Source: Candidatus Latescibacterota bacterium (lineage in GTDB: Bacteria; Latescibacterota; UBA2968; UBA8231). Taken from it: a stretch of 64,000 nt of DNA. Every line of letters begins with the position of its first letter. Positions within the stretch are counted from its first letter, which is position 1. Both the position numbers and the translations under genes were made by a program. A model generated the notes under the pieces. The model saw only the letters and a list, made by a program, of their open reading frames with translations, made no database searches and was not told where the DNA came from. Below, in pieces: positions 56,357 to 64,000 of this stretch. Where the stretch lies: assembly GCA_965248265.1 (NCBI GenBank), contig CBDFJF010000001.1, positions 2,528,001-2,592,000 of the forward strand, given 5' to 3'.

Positions 56357-56432
56357 CGATATCGTCCGTTCGCGCAGTACTCCGGTGAGGTCGCTATCTG
56401 ATGTCGTTAATCCAATTGTCCAAGCAGCGCAC

Positions 56433-56461
56433 AATATACCGGGACAGTACGCACTCGTCAA
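56433..56461 (-). promoter_or_regulatory. Putative sigma70 promoter of the small basic protein
   Basis: Minus strand TTGACG-N17-TATATT. Confidence 0.6.
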
Positions 56462-56480
56462 CAATGTTGCCTGCCCGGAC

Positions 56481-57407
56481 CTACACGAGCAACATGCGCA
56501 ACAGGGCCATACGGACGTAGAGGCCATTGTGTGCCTGACGGAAGTAGGCCGCACGGGGATCGGGGTCGACTTCCTCGGCAATGATCTCATCAACTCGCGG
56601 AAGGGGGTGCATGACGATGGCGGTTTCTCTCATACAGTCCAGGATGGCCTTGCTGATGATGTACTGGCCGCGCACCTGCTCATACTCTTGCAAGCGATCG
56701 CCGAATCGCTCGCGTTGTATCCGCGTCTGGTAAATGACATCCGCCTCGCGCGCGACCAGGGCGAGGTCTTCAACCTCTTCATGTTCCACACCCTGGCGAG
56801 TCAGGTACTCCTTTATGTCATCCCCCATTCTCACGGTTGGGGGCGATACGAAGAAAATCTTCGAATCTTCGAACTTCGATAGCAGATAGCACAACGAGCG
56901 TACCGTACGGCCATTGGCCAGATCGCCGACCATCGCCACCCGCACGCCATCCACCCTGCCCAACTCGCGCTGGATCGTGTACATGTCGAGCAACGCCTGC
57001 GTTGGATGCTGACCAACGCCGTCCCCGGCGTTGATGATGGGAACGGGGGACACGGACGCAGCAGTTTTGCTGGCCCCGCTTTCGAAGTGACGCAGCACGA
57101 TGATGTCAGCGTACCCAGCGACGATTCGAATGGTGTCTTCCAGAGTCTCGCCCTTGGCCGCTGACGAAAACTCCTGAGCGCTTTCCGTCGTTAGCACGTC
57201 TCCACCCAGGCGCTTCATCGCGGACTCGAAGGAGAGCCGTGTTCGCGTACTGGGTTCATAAAACAGGGTCGCCATCATCCGCCGGCTGAGGATGTTGGAC
57301 CCGTAGTGTTGGACTACATCCTCCATCTCTCTGGCTACACTGAAGATCTCAGCCATCAAATCTCGATCGAACTGTTGAGCTTCCACCACATGTTTGAGTG
57401 ATGCCAT
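56481..57407 (-). CDS. pyrB: Aspartate carbamoyltransferase catalytic subunit (plant-like type)
   Basis: FYEPSTRTRLSF, KGETLEDT, INAGDG..QHPTQ, RIQRERF and MHPLPR. Confidence 0.97.
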   Translation of the reverse strand: MASLKHVVEAQQFDRDLMAEIFSVAREMEDVVQHYGSNILSRRMMATLFYEPSTRTRLSFESAMKRLGGDVLTTESAQEFSSAAKGETLEDTIRIVAGYADIIVLRHFESGASKTAASVSPVPIINAGDGVGQHPTQALLDMYTIQRELGRVDGVRVAMVGDLANGRTVRSLCYLLSKFEDSKIFFVSPPTVRMGDDIKEYLTRQGVEHEEVEDLALVAREADVIYQTRIQRERFGDRLQEYEQVRGQYIISKAILDCMRETAIVMHPLPRVDEIIAEEVDPDPRAAYFRQAHNGLYVRMALLRMLLV

Positions 57408-57747
57408 GGATTGCTCCGATTAATCTCGCTCCGATTGACCTCGCTCCGGAGACGGAATCCGTGTAGCCTCGAGGGGACGGCCTGTTTGTCTATCAAAACG
57501 ATAGAGCCTGCTGAGGCGCCAGGCAAGCAGATAGGGGCGATCAAGGGTCAATCCGGTCGCCGGGTTGCACAGGGCACCAATTGGCCCCTCAGGTGATATG
57601 ACTCACAGCGCCCGGAGGAAATCTTGCCATACTATAGGAACGGGCCTGTATGGTCCCAGCGTCCGTCCGTATATTGCGACCCTTGAGAATGGTCCTGGTA
57701 CGCGACGATCCTATACCCAGGGGACCGTCTTACAAGAGGATAATCCA

Positions 57748-60700
57748 ATGTTCATGGCACCCAAATTCCCAATCTCGCGGCTTTCTCTCACCCTGATGAC
57801 CGCGTCCCTTTTCCTGTGGGCAGACCAGGCTGATGGAGGCAGCAATCAGGGCTTCCGCCCGTCCATCGTGAGCCCGAAGAGGGTCAAGAATCCGCAGGTT
57901 GATGACCTCATTGTTATTGGCATAAAGGTGGAGGGCACCTCAGAGGTCCGGCAAACCCGCATTCGGGCAATCTTCGACCCAGCCTTCTTTGAGTTCGTCG
58001 CATTCGAGCCTGGAAATCACCCAGCCGACCAGGAAAATTTCGTCGCCTCCGGTTCGGTACTGGAGGAGGATGGTGTCCAAGTGGCATCCGGTGGTGGTAC
58101 CCTGTCCGGGGGGAATGCCGACACATCAGGTGGGGGCTTTCTGGGGAGAATGATCTTCCGGCTGATTCAGGAGATCGGCAACGAACCCAAAGCCATTTCC
58201 GTGATTTCAGTCCGGGTTGCCGTCTCGGAAGATGACGAAGACATCCGGCGCTTCGATCCGGGCAAGTTCGGCGTCGTGGCGCTCCTCGATTCCCCGAACA
58301 AGATCTTCGACGTGGATGTTGAAGTGACTGATCGGAGCGCTATCGTCACCTGGGGCACCCGCGACCAAGGTCTGGACGACATCGTCACCGTCGACCAGAT
58401 CACGCAGGACGGCACCGTGCTGGCTTCGCACGGCGACTTCGAGCCGCCGTTCCAGGACCGGGCCCCCGAGGCGCTGGCGGCATTGCGTACACTTGAGGCC
58501 GAGGGCATTGATATTCTGGTGGCCGATGAACTAACAGTGCGCGATGCCCTTGGCATTCCCCGGCCGACCCCGTTTGGCGATCCGTTCCCGGAGTTTTCGA
58601 CCCTGCTGGAGCAAGCTAAAATCATCGTCAAGCAGTTCCGTGCGCGTCAGCATGTCGTTCCGATCACCGGTCTGGAAGCGGACAGCTTTTACAAAGCGAC
58701 GATCTCGTCCACGGGACTCAGCGGCCGCGCCAGCCCGCAGGAGATGGTCCGCTTTCGCACTCGGCGAGGGGCCGATCTGCGCAAACTGGCTGCCCACGGG
58801 CTCGACATCCAACGAGGACGCAAGTTCCTCACCGTCAAGTTTTTTACCAACCGCCTGGTTAAGACGGACTACACGATCTCCGCCGTTGGCGGGGGCGTCG
58901 TGGAGACGGGGGAAGTCAACCCGGACGGAGCCGATGAGACAACGTTCACCATCGACGCCCTGGATCCGGGAACCGACTACGTCATCGACATCGTCGCCGA
59001 ATTGTCGGGCGAGATCCCCGCAGCGCTGCCAACCGCAGATGCCGTCCTTTCGCTCAGCAAGCAGATCAAAACGCGTCTGGCACGAAAGGCGTTGAACATC
59101 GCCGGTATCCCTTTCAAGGTGGTGAGCCCTGAGAGCGCCGTCATCAAGTTCAAGACCCCGCTTCCAGTGGCGCCCATCGTGTTCTACGGACTCGTCCCCA
59201 CGGAGGAGTTGTTGGCAGCGAAGGTAACCCAGGACAGCGAGGTAGAAGATGACTCCCGCTTCTCCTGGACAACGGACGGGGTCACGGGTACCCGCCATGA
59301 GATCAACTTGACAGCACTCGACCCAGAGACGCTATACCGCTACAAGATCGAGTTCGAACTGGAGGATGACGAGGGGATTCGCAGCTTCTCCACCGACTCC
59401 AACGGCAACGATCAATGGAGCCGGGACCTGCAGTTCACGACACCCAGCGCGGATGATCTGTTCGCGCCCGAACTCGTGGAGGGACCGCGCGTGTTCGCCA
59501 ATGACGTCGTCGCCGTGATTCAGTTTGGCAATGACGTGCCGACGCTGGCATCGGCCTTCGTCGGCACCGCGTCGACGTTCAACACCCCGGATGAATTCGA
59601 GTTCTCGGATGGGTTGTTCAATCACAGACACAGTATCGTACTTTCTGGTCTGGAAGGAGGTATCGAGTATCAATTTCGCGTCGAATACACTGGAGCCAAT
59701 GGCGTCTCTGGCACGTTCACTGGCTCGGGCGATGTCGTAGGCAAGGCCACGTCAGCTCTGCAGCCACCCGGAGGCGGTGGCAGTTTCACGACGACGAACA
59801 TTCCCGATACTCAGTTCCCGGTGATTCTGAGCGGTCCGACGGTGTCGTCGAAGACACACGATACGGCGATCGTCGAGTGGACGACGGACGAGCCTGCCGA
59901 CAGCGACATCGAGTTTGGCACGCAGAGCCTGGATGAGCAGGAGACCTCCGGTACCAGCGAGACGAGTCACAAGATCACCCTGTCGGGGCTGACATCGGGG
60001 ACCACCTACCAATACATCGTGGCCTCCACGGACGCATCCGGCAACGGCGCCACGCAGTCGGCGCAGGCGGTATTCACGACCGACCCGGAAATCGACCTGA
60101 TTGCACCCGGCATCGTCGGCACCCCGTCGATTTCCTACAAGAACGACAATTCAGCCACAGTTCAATGGACGACGGACGAGGAGACCACCGGCGAGGTCAC
60201 ATTTGGCACGGATACGCAGCTGGGATTCATTCGCACGCTGCCGGAAACGGAAACCGATCACGGCATCACGCTGACCAATCTGGAAGCTTCGACTACCTAC
60301 TTCTACCAGGTCAGCTCGACTGATTTGAGCAACAATGGACCTACGGAATCGACTCTGCTGAGTTTCAGCACCGATGCAGCGCCTGACCTCACGTCACCGT
60401 CGATCTCCAACATTCAGGTGGAAGAGGACGAGACTTCTGCCATCCTGACCTGGGAAACGAATGAGCTCGCCGACAGCTTCGTCGACTTCGGGACCATTTC
60501 GGGGTTGCTGACCTCCACGGTCGGTGACGTCACGGATGTGACCGAGCACGAAATCACGTTGACCAACCTGGTCGCTGCGACTACCTATTACTACACCGTC
60601 GGCTCCATCGACCGCGCCAACAACTCACCGACAGAATCGTCTCAATCCAGCTTCACAACACTGGCAACCGCCGACGTCACTCCACCGGCGGTACCGGCCA

Positions 60701-62241
60701 GCCTGGCTGGCATTGCGGGCTCCGAACAGGCCGTAATCAGCTGGGACAGCAATGACGAGCTGGATCTTGCTGGCTATCGCCTGGAGCGCCGCGTGGCTGG
60801 CACAGGCTCCTTCGTCGCCATCGCCTCCGGTCTCGAGGACCCCTCCTACACCGATTTGGGGCTGACCAACCTGACAACCTACGAGTATCGTGTTGTAGCC
60901 GTAGACCGCTCCGACAACGACTCGGATGCATCCACGACGATCACGGTGACCCCGGCTTCGACCGCGGCCCCGTCGACACCGGCTGACCTGTCTCAGGCTG
61001 GTGCTCTGCGGCCTACGTTCCGCTTCGCCAATGCCGAGCCCTTTGTGGCCGACGCCTCGCTGACCTACACCGTGCAGGTGTCGACGGAGGCGGACTTCTC
61101 GAACGTGTCCGACTCGGAATCCGGCATAGCCGAGGACAGCGACGGCATTACCACCTGGACCATCACCCGCGACCTGGTGGAAGGCTCCACCTACTATTGG
61201 CGCGTACGGGCACTCGAGGGCGCCCTGATTGGCCCCTGGACGGACCCGCAGGAGTTCGCGGCGGTTGCAGTTGCTCAGGTCGCCGATTTCAACGGTGATC
61301 TCAAGGTCACCCTCGACGATTTCTTCGATTTCATTGACGTCTTCGGTGACGAGGTCTCCGGTGACGATATTGTCTTCGATCTGGACAACGACGGGACCGT
61401 TGACTTCGACGACTTCTTCATCTTCGTCGACAACTTCGGCGCCGACGCTACATCGGGTAAGATCTGGGCCCACGCACAGGTGGCCGACGAGGAGGCACAA
61501 CTGTGGCTGGAAGCGCGCAGCAGCGCTCCCGTGAGTCAGGGTGGTATATCGTCGAGAACCGGTGCCGAGACCGAGCGCATCACCGTTCGCGTGTGGGCGG
61601 ATCACGTGCGGGATCTGGAGGCCTACGGTCTGGTCGTCGGTTATGACCCACGCCTCGTGCGATTCACCAAAGCACAACCCGGGGCTGGCCCGCTGCTGGA
61701 GTCACAAGGCGGCAGTGCACCGCTGTTCGGCATCCTGCAACAACGCAAGGGCGAGCTGCTCGTTGGCAACGGCCTCGTCGACGGTGAGCCAGTGTCCGGC
61801 CACGGCCTGTTGGCGGAGCTTTCCTTCGAAACGTTGGGAACGGGGGGAGCGGCGACAGCTGACCAGGCGTACTTCGAGCTGCGTCAGGCCTTTGTTAAGG
61901 GCGGTCAGGACGAGACGGTACGCAGGGTGCGTCAAGTCCGTTCTATCCAGCTGCTCCCGGAGCAGTTTTTTCTCGGGACCAACTACCCCAATCCCTTCAA
62001 TCCGTCAACGCATATCAATTATTCACTGCCGATTCCGGCCGCCGTCAAGTTGAAGGTTTACGACGTGCTCGGTCAGCATGTGCGCACCCTGGTGTCCGAC
62101 CAGCAGCACCCAGCCGGTTTCTACAGCGCTGTTTGGGACGGACGGGATCAGCACAATCACCGCGTCGGCAGCGGTATCTACTTCTATCGCCTGAGCACTC
62201 CCGCGTTCCAGCAGACGGGGAGAATGACGCTGCTGAAATAG
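57748..62241 (+). CDS. Large secreted multidomain protein: cohesin-like, multiple FN3, dockerin/EF-hand-like, cohesin-like and C-terminal FlgD-Ig/T9SS-type sorting domain
   Basis: AGAGGA RBS and signal peptide; repeated WTTDE...H.ITL..L...TTY.Y.V FN3 units; DFNGDLKVTLDDF and DLDNDGTVDFDDF; NYPNPFNP...VYDVLGQ.VRTL...WDG.D......SGIYFY. Confidence 0.88.
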   Translation: MFMAPKFPISRLSLTLMTASLFLWADQADGGSNQGFRPSIVSPKRVKNPQVDDLIVIGIKVEGTSEVRQTRIRAIFDPAFFEFVAFEPGNHPADQENFVASGSVLEEDGVQVASGGGTLSGGNADTSGGGFLGRMIFRLIQEIGNEPKAISVISVRVAVSEDDEDIRRFDPGKFGVVALLDSPNKIFDVDVEVTDRSAIVTWGTRDQGLDDIVTVDQITQDGTVLASHGDFEPPFQDRAPEALAALRTLEAEGIDILVADELTVRDALGIPRPTPFGDPFPEFSTLLEQAKIIVKQFRARQHVVPITGLEADSFYKATISSTGLSGRASPQEMVRFRTRRGADLRKLAAHGLDIQRGRKFLTVKFFTNRLVKTDYTISAVGGGVVETGEVNPDGADETTFTIDALDPGTDYVIDIVAELSGEIPAALPTADAVLSLSKQIKTRLARKALNIAGIPFKVVSPESAVIKFKTPLPVAPIVFYGLVPTEELLAAKVTQDSEVEDDSRFSWTTDGVTGTRHEINLTALDPETLYRYKIEFELEDDEGIRSFSTDSNGNDQWSRDLQFTTPSADDLFAPELVEGPRVFANDVVAVIQFGNDVPTLASAFVGTASTFNTPDEFEFSDGLFNHRHSIVLSGLEGGIEYQFRVEYTGANGVSGTFTGSGDVVGKATSALQPPGGGGSFTTTNIPDTQFPVILSGPTVSSKTHDTAIVEWTTDEPADSDIEFGTQSLDEQETSGTSETSHKITLSGLTSGTTYQYIVASTDASGNGATQSAQAVFTTDPEIDLIAPGIVGTPSISYKNDNSATVQWTTDEETTGEVTFGTDTQLGFIRTLPETETDHGITLTNLEASTTYFYQVSSTDLSNNGPTESTLLSFSTDAAPDLTSPSISNIQVEEDETSAILTWETNELADSFVDFGTISGLLTSTVGDVTDVTEHEITLTNLVAATTYYYTVGSIDRANNSPTESSQSSFTTLATADVTPPAVPASLAGIAGSEQAVISWDSNDELDLAGYRLERRVAGTGSFVAIASGLEDPSYTDLGLTNLTTYEYRVVAVDRSDNDSDASTTITVTPASTAAPSTPADLSQAGALRPTFRFANAEPFVADASLTYTVQVSTEADFSNVSDSESGIAEDSDGITTWTITRDLVEGSTYYWRVRALEGALIGPWTDPQEFAAVAVAQVADFNGDLKVTLDDFFDFIDVFGDEVSGDDIVFDLDNDGTVDFDDFFIFVDNFGADATSGKIWAHAQVADEEAQLWLEARSSAPVSQGGISSRTGAETERITVRVWADHVRDLEAYGLVVGYDPRLVRFTKAQPGAGPLLESQGGSAPLFGILQQRKGELLVGNGLVDGEPVSGHGLLAELSFETLGTGGAATADQAYFELRQAFVKGGQDETVRRVRQVRSIQLLPEQFFLGTNYPNPFNPSTHINYSLPIPAAVKLKVYDVLGQHVRTLVSDQQHPAGFYSAVWDGRDQHNHRVGSGIYFYRLSTPAFQQTGRMTLLK

Positions 62242-62259
62242 AGCCTCATCAGGCGCAAG

Positions 62260-62297
62260 AAAAAACCGAGTCCGGCTTGAGCATGCCGGACTCGGTT
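62260..62297 (-). terminator. Intrinsic terminator between convergent genes
   Basis: AACCGAGTCCGGC-loop-GCCGGACTCGGTT with the U-tract on the minus strand (fabZ side). Confidence 0.8.
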
Positions 62298-62343
62298 GAT
62301 AGATCCACAGCGACGTGTGAACACAGGCCCTCACGCCCCGCGC

Positions 62344-62814
62344 TCAATCCTCCCCTACCGCTCTGATTACCGCAAGAATCTCGGCTTCAGCGGCCAGCTC
62401 ACCGTCAACGAACGCCTTCCCCTGCAGACGGCAGGTTCCTGAGCGCTGCTTGAGGACGGTCAATTCCAGACGCAGTTGGTCTCCGGGTACGACCTGGCGG
62501 CGAAACTTGACCTTGTCCACGCCGGCGAAGAACGGAATCTTGTCTCCATTATCGTCATCGTCGTCGACCGACAACATCATCAGGGCTCCGGTCTGAGCCA
62601 GCGCCTCCAGAATGATCACGCCAGGCATGACGGGATACTGGGGAAAGTGGCCCTCAAAAAACGGCTCACCGGCGCTCACGTTCTTGATGCCGACAATCCG
62701 TTCGCCGGCCACGAGTTCCACGATACGGTCGACGAAGAGGAAGGGGTAACGGTGAGGGATCAGCCGCTTTATTCCCTCAATGTCGATGGCTACCTGGTCG
62801 GAGTCTTCGCTCAC
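62344..62814 (-). CDS. fabZ: 3-hydroxyacyl-ACP dehydratase
   Basis: [24 protein letters not shown]...EALAQ and FRRQVVPGD. Confidence 0.96.
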   Translation of the reverse strand: MSEDSDQVAIDIEGIKRLIPHRYPFLFVDRIVELVAGERIVGIKNVSAGEPFFEGHFPQYPVMPGVIILEALAQTGALMMLSVDDDDDNGDKIPFFAGVDKVKFRRQVVPGDQLRLELTVLKQRSGTCRLQGKAFVDGELAAEAEILAVIRAVGED

Positions 62815-63371
62815 TGCTTCGCCTTCTCCTGCTCTTTCTTCAGTTCCTCCAGCTTCTCTATCAGCTTGTCCGTCAGGTTGAATTTCTCTGGATCGGCATA
62901 CACGATCGCCCCTCCAGCCGCCACATCGAAGATGAAGTCATAGTATTCCTCTTTGGCCAGGACTTCGAGCGCACTGTTGATCTTGTCGAAGATCGGTGAC
63001 GACAGCTCCATGTTCTTGCGGAAGAGCTCTCCGTTGGGACCCAGTTTCTGCTGAGTGAACTCTTGTAACTGGCGCACGCTGTCGTCGAATTGCTCCTGCA
63101 TTTCAGCCTTGCGTGCTTCGCTCATCAGCAACTCCTGTTTGCGAAAATCTTCCTGCATTCTCAAGAGCTTGCTCTGCCTGTCCGTCGCCTCCTGGGTGTA
63201 CTGCTGTTCGAGACGTTCGAGTTTGCGCTGAACGTCCTTGAACTCGGGCAGCTTCTCGCGCAACACCTGAGAATCGATGTACCCCAGTTTCTGCTCTGCG
63301 CTAACGGTGGAGGAAACAGCACAGAGCATCAACCCGGTCATGGCCACAGTGACGGTGGTCCTTCTCATCAT
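62811..63371 (-). CDS. skp: OmpH/Skp periplasmic chaperone
   Basis: Signal peptide, KLGYID, coiled coil and YDFIFD...IVYA...LTD; downstream of bamA. Confidence 0.9.
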   Translation of the reverse strand: MMRRTTVTVAMTGLMLCAVSSTVSAEQKLGYIDSQVLREKLPEFKDVQRKLERLEQQYTQEATDRQSKLLRMQEDFRKQELLMSEARKAEMQEQFDDSVRQLQEFTQQKLGPNGELFRKNMELSSPIFDKINSALEVLAKEEYYDFIFDVAAGGAIVYADPEKFNLTDKLIEKLEELKKEQEKAKQ

Positions 63372-63525
63372 CAGTTGGTCTCCTCGGTCGGAGTGTACCG
63401 GCGAAGCGGGCAGACCAGTGAGGCACGGGCCGTCCTCCTCGCGACAATCATAGAGGGGGTGGAGGGATGTGGTGGACGAAATTAAGGGTGCGCCGGCTGA
63501 GTGTCGAGACGGGCGGTCGCGAGAA

Positions 63526-64000
63526 TCAGAAGAATCTTGGACCGAACTGGAAGTGTGTGATCATGCCGGGCCGCTGTCCGTCTACTTCTTCACGGTCGAA
63601 GCCGTACGCGAAGTCGAAGCCGATCATGCCCAGCATCGGGGTGATCACCCTGAACCCAACACCGATCGAGCGACGCAGCTCAAACGGGTTGGTGTCGGGA
63701 ATGGTTGCCCAGGCATTGCCGGCATCGGCGAAAGCCAAGCCTACGACCTGACGCTCCGTGATCGGAAAGCGGTATTCAATGTTGAACGTCATCATAGAGC
63801 GCCCGCCGATCAGTTCGTTGCGGTCACCGCGCGGCCCCAGGGAAGCGTCACGGTAGCCGCGGACCTGACCATCCCACCAATCGACACCACCTGGAGTGAA
63901 ACGATCCCAGAACGAAAGGTGGTCATCGTCCCAATCGGAAAACCCGTCTATGAGTGCGTACTTCGACTCGAATGCGAAGACGAACTTCCACATACTCGGA
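63526..64000 (-). CDS. bamA: Outer membrane protein assembly factor BamA (3' part only)
   Basis: VRGY motif, EYRFP, FADAGNAW, G.GFR...PMLG..GFDF.YG and HFQFG; upstream of skp. Confidence 0.92.
   Translation of the reverse strand, partial: PSMWKFVFAFESKYALIDGFSDWDDDHLSFWDRFTPGGVDWWDGQVRGYRDASLGPRGDRNELIGGRSMMTFNIEYRFPITERQVVGLAFADAGNAWATIPDTNPFELRRSIGVGFRVITPMLGMIGFDFAYGFDREEVDGQRPGMITHFQFGPRFF

Overview
A GC-rich (~60%) bacterial core-chromosome window with almost every gene on the minus strand. It holds one full rRNA operon (16S-tRNA-Ile-23S-5S), a large (Alu-domain) SRP RNA, tRNA-Ala(CGC) and two tRNA-Ser. Housekeeping blocks include EF-G2, yebC-ruvCAB, tsaB-rimI-ABC ATPase-holB-rsmA, ilvE, lysA, tadA, dnaX-recR-pgsA-pgpA-recA-recX-alaS-GGGPS-PHP phosphatase-ptsH-ptsI-metK, pyrB and bamA-skp-fabZ. 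There are also several uncharacterised envelope loci. By inference only, the NYPNPFNP/FlgD-like C-terminal sorting domain, dockerin-like repeats and group II GGGPS point to an FCB-superphylum organism, plausibly Ca. Latescibacterota. The best candidate for an undescribed system is at the left end: a POTRA-less Omp85 barrel paired with an exported lipoprotein that keeps all protein-kinase-like catalytic motifs, followed by an out-of-frame fragment of a second Omp85 paralog. Other highlights are a plant-type PyrB, a bamA-skp-fabZ cluster without lpxD/lpxA, three alternative-sigma promoter motifs (ECF, sigma54, sigma28) within 3.4 kb, a structured candidate sRNA with a CsrA-type hairpin, 38-bp periodic repeats at the SRP 3' end, palindrome-tiled rRNA spacers and a 16S mismatched to EUB338/341F. 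All family calls come from motif recognition by eye; no searches were run. No mobile elements or CRISPR arrays were found.
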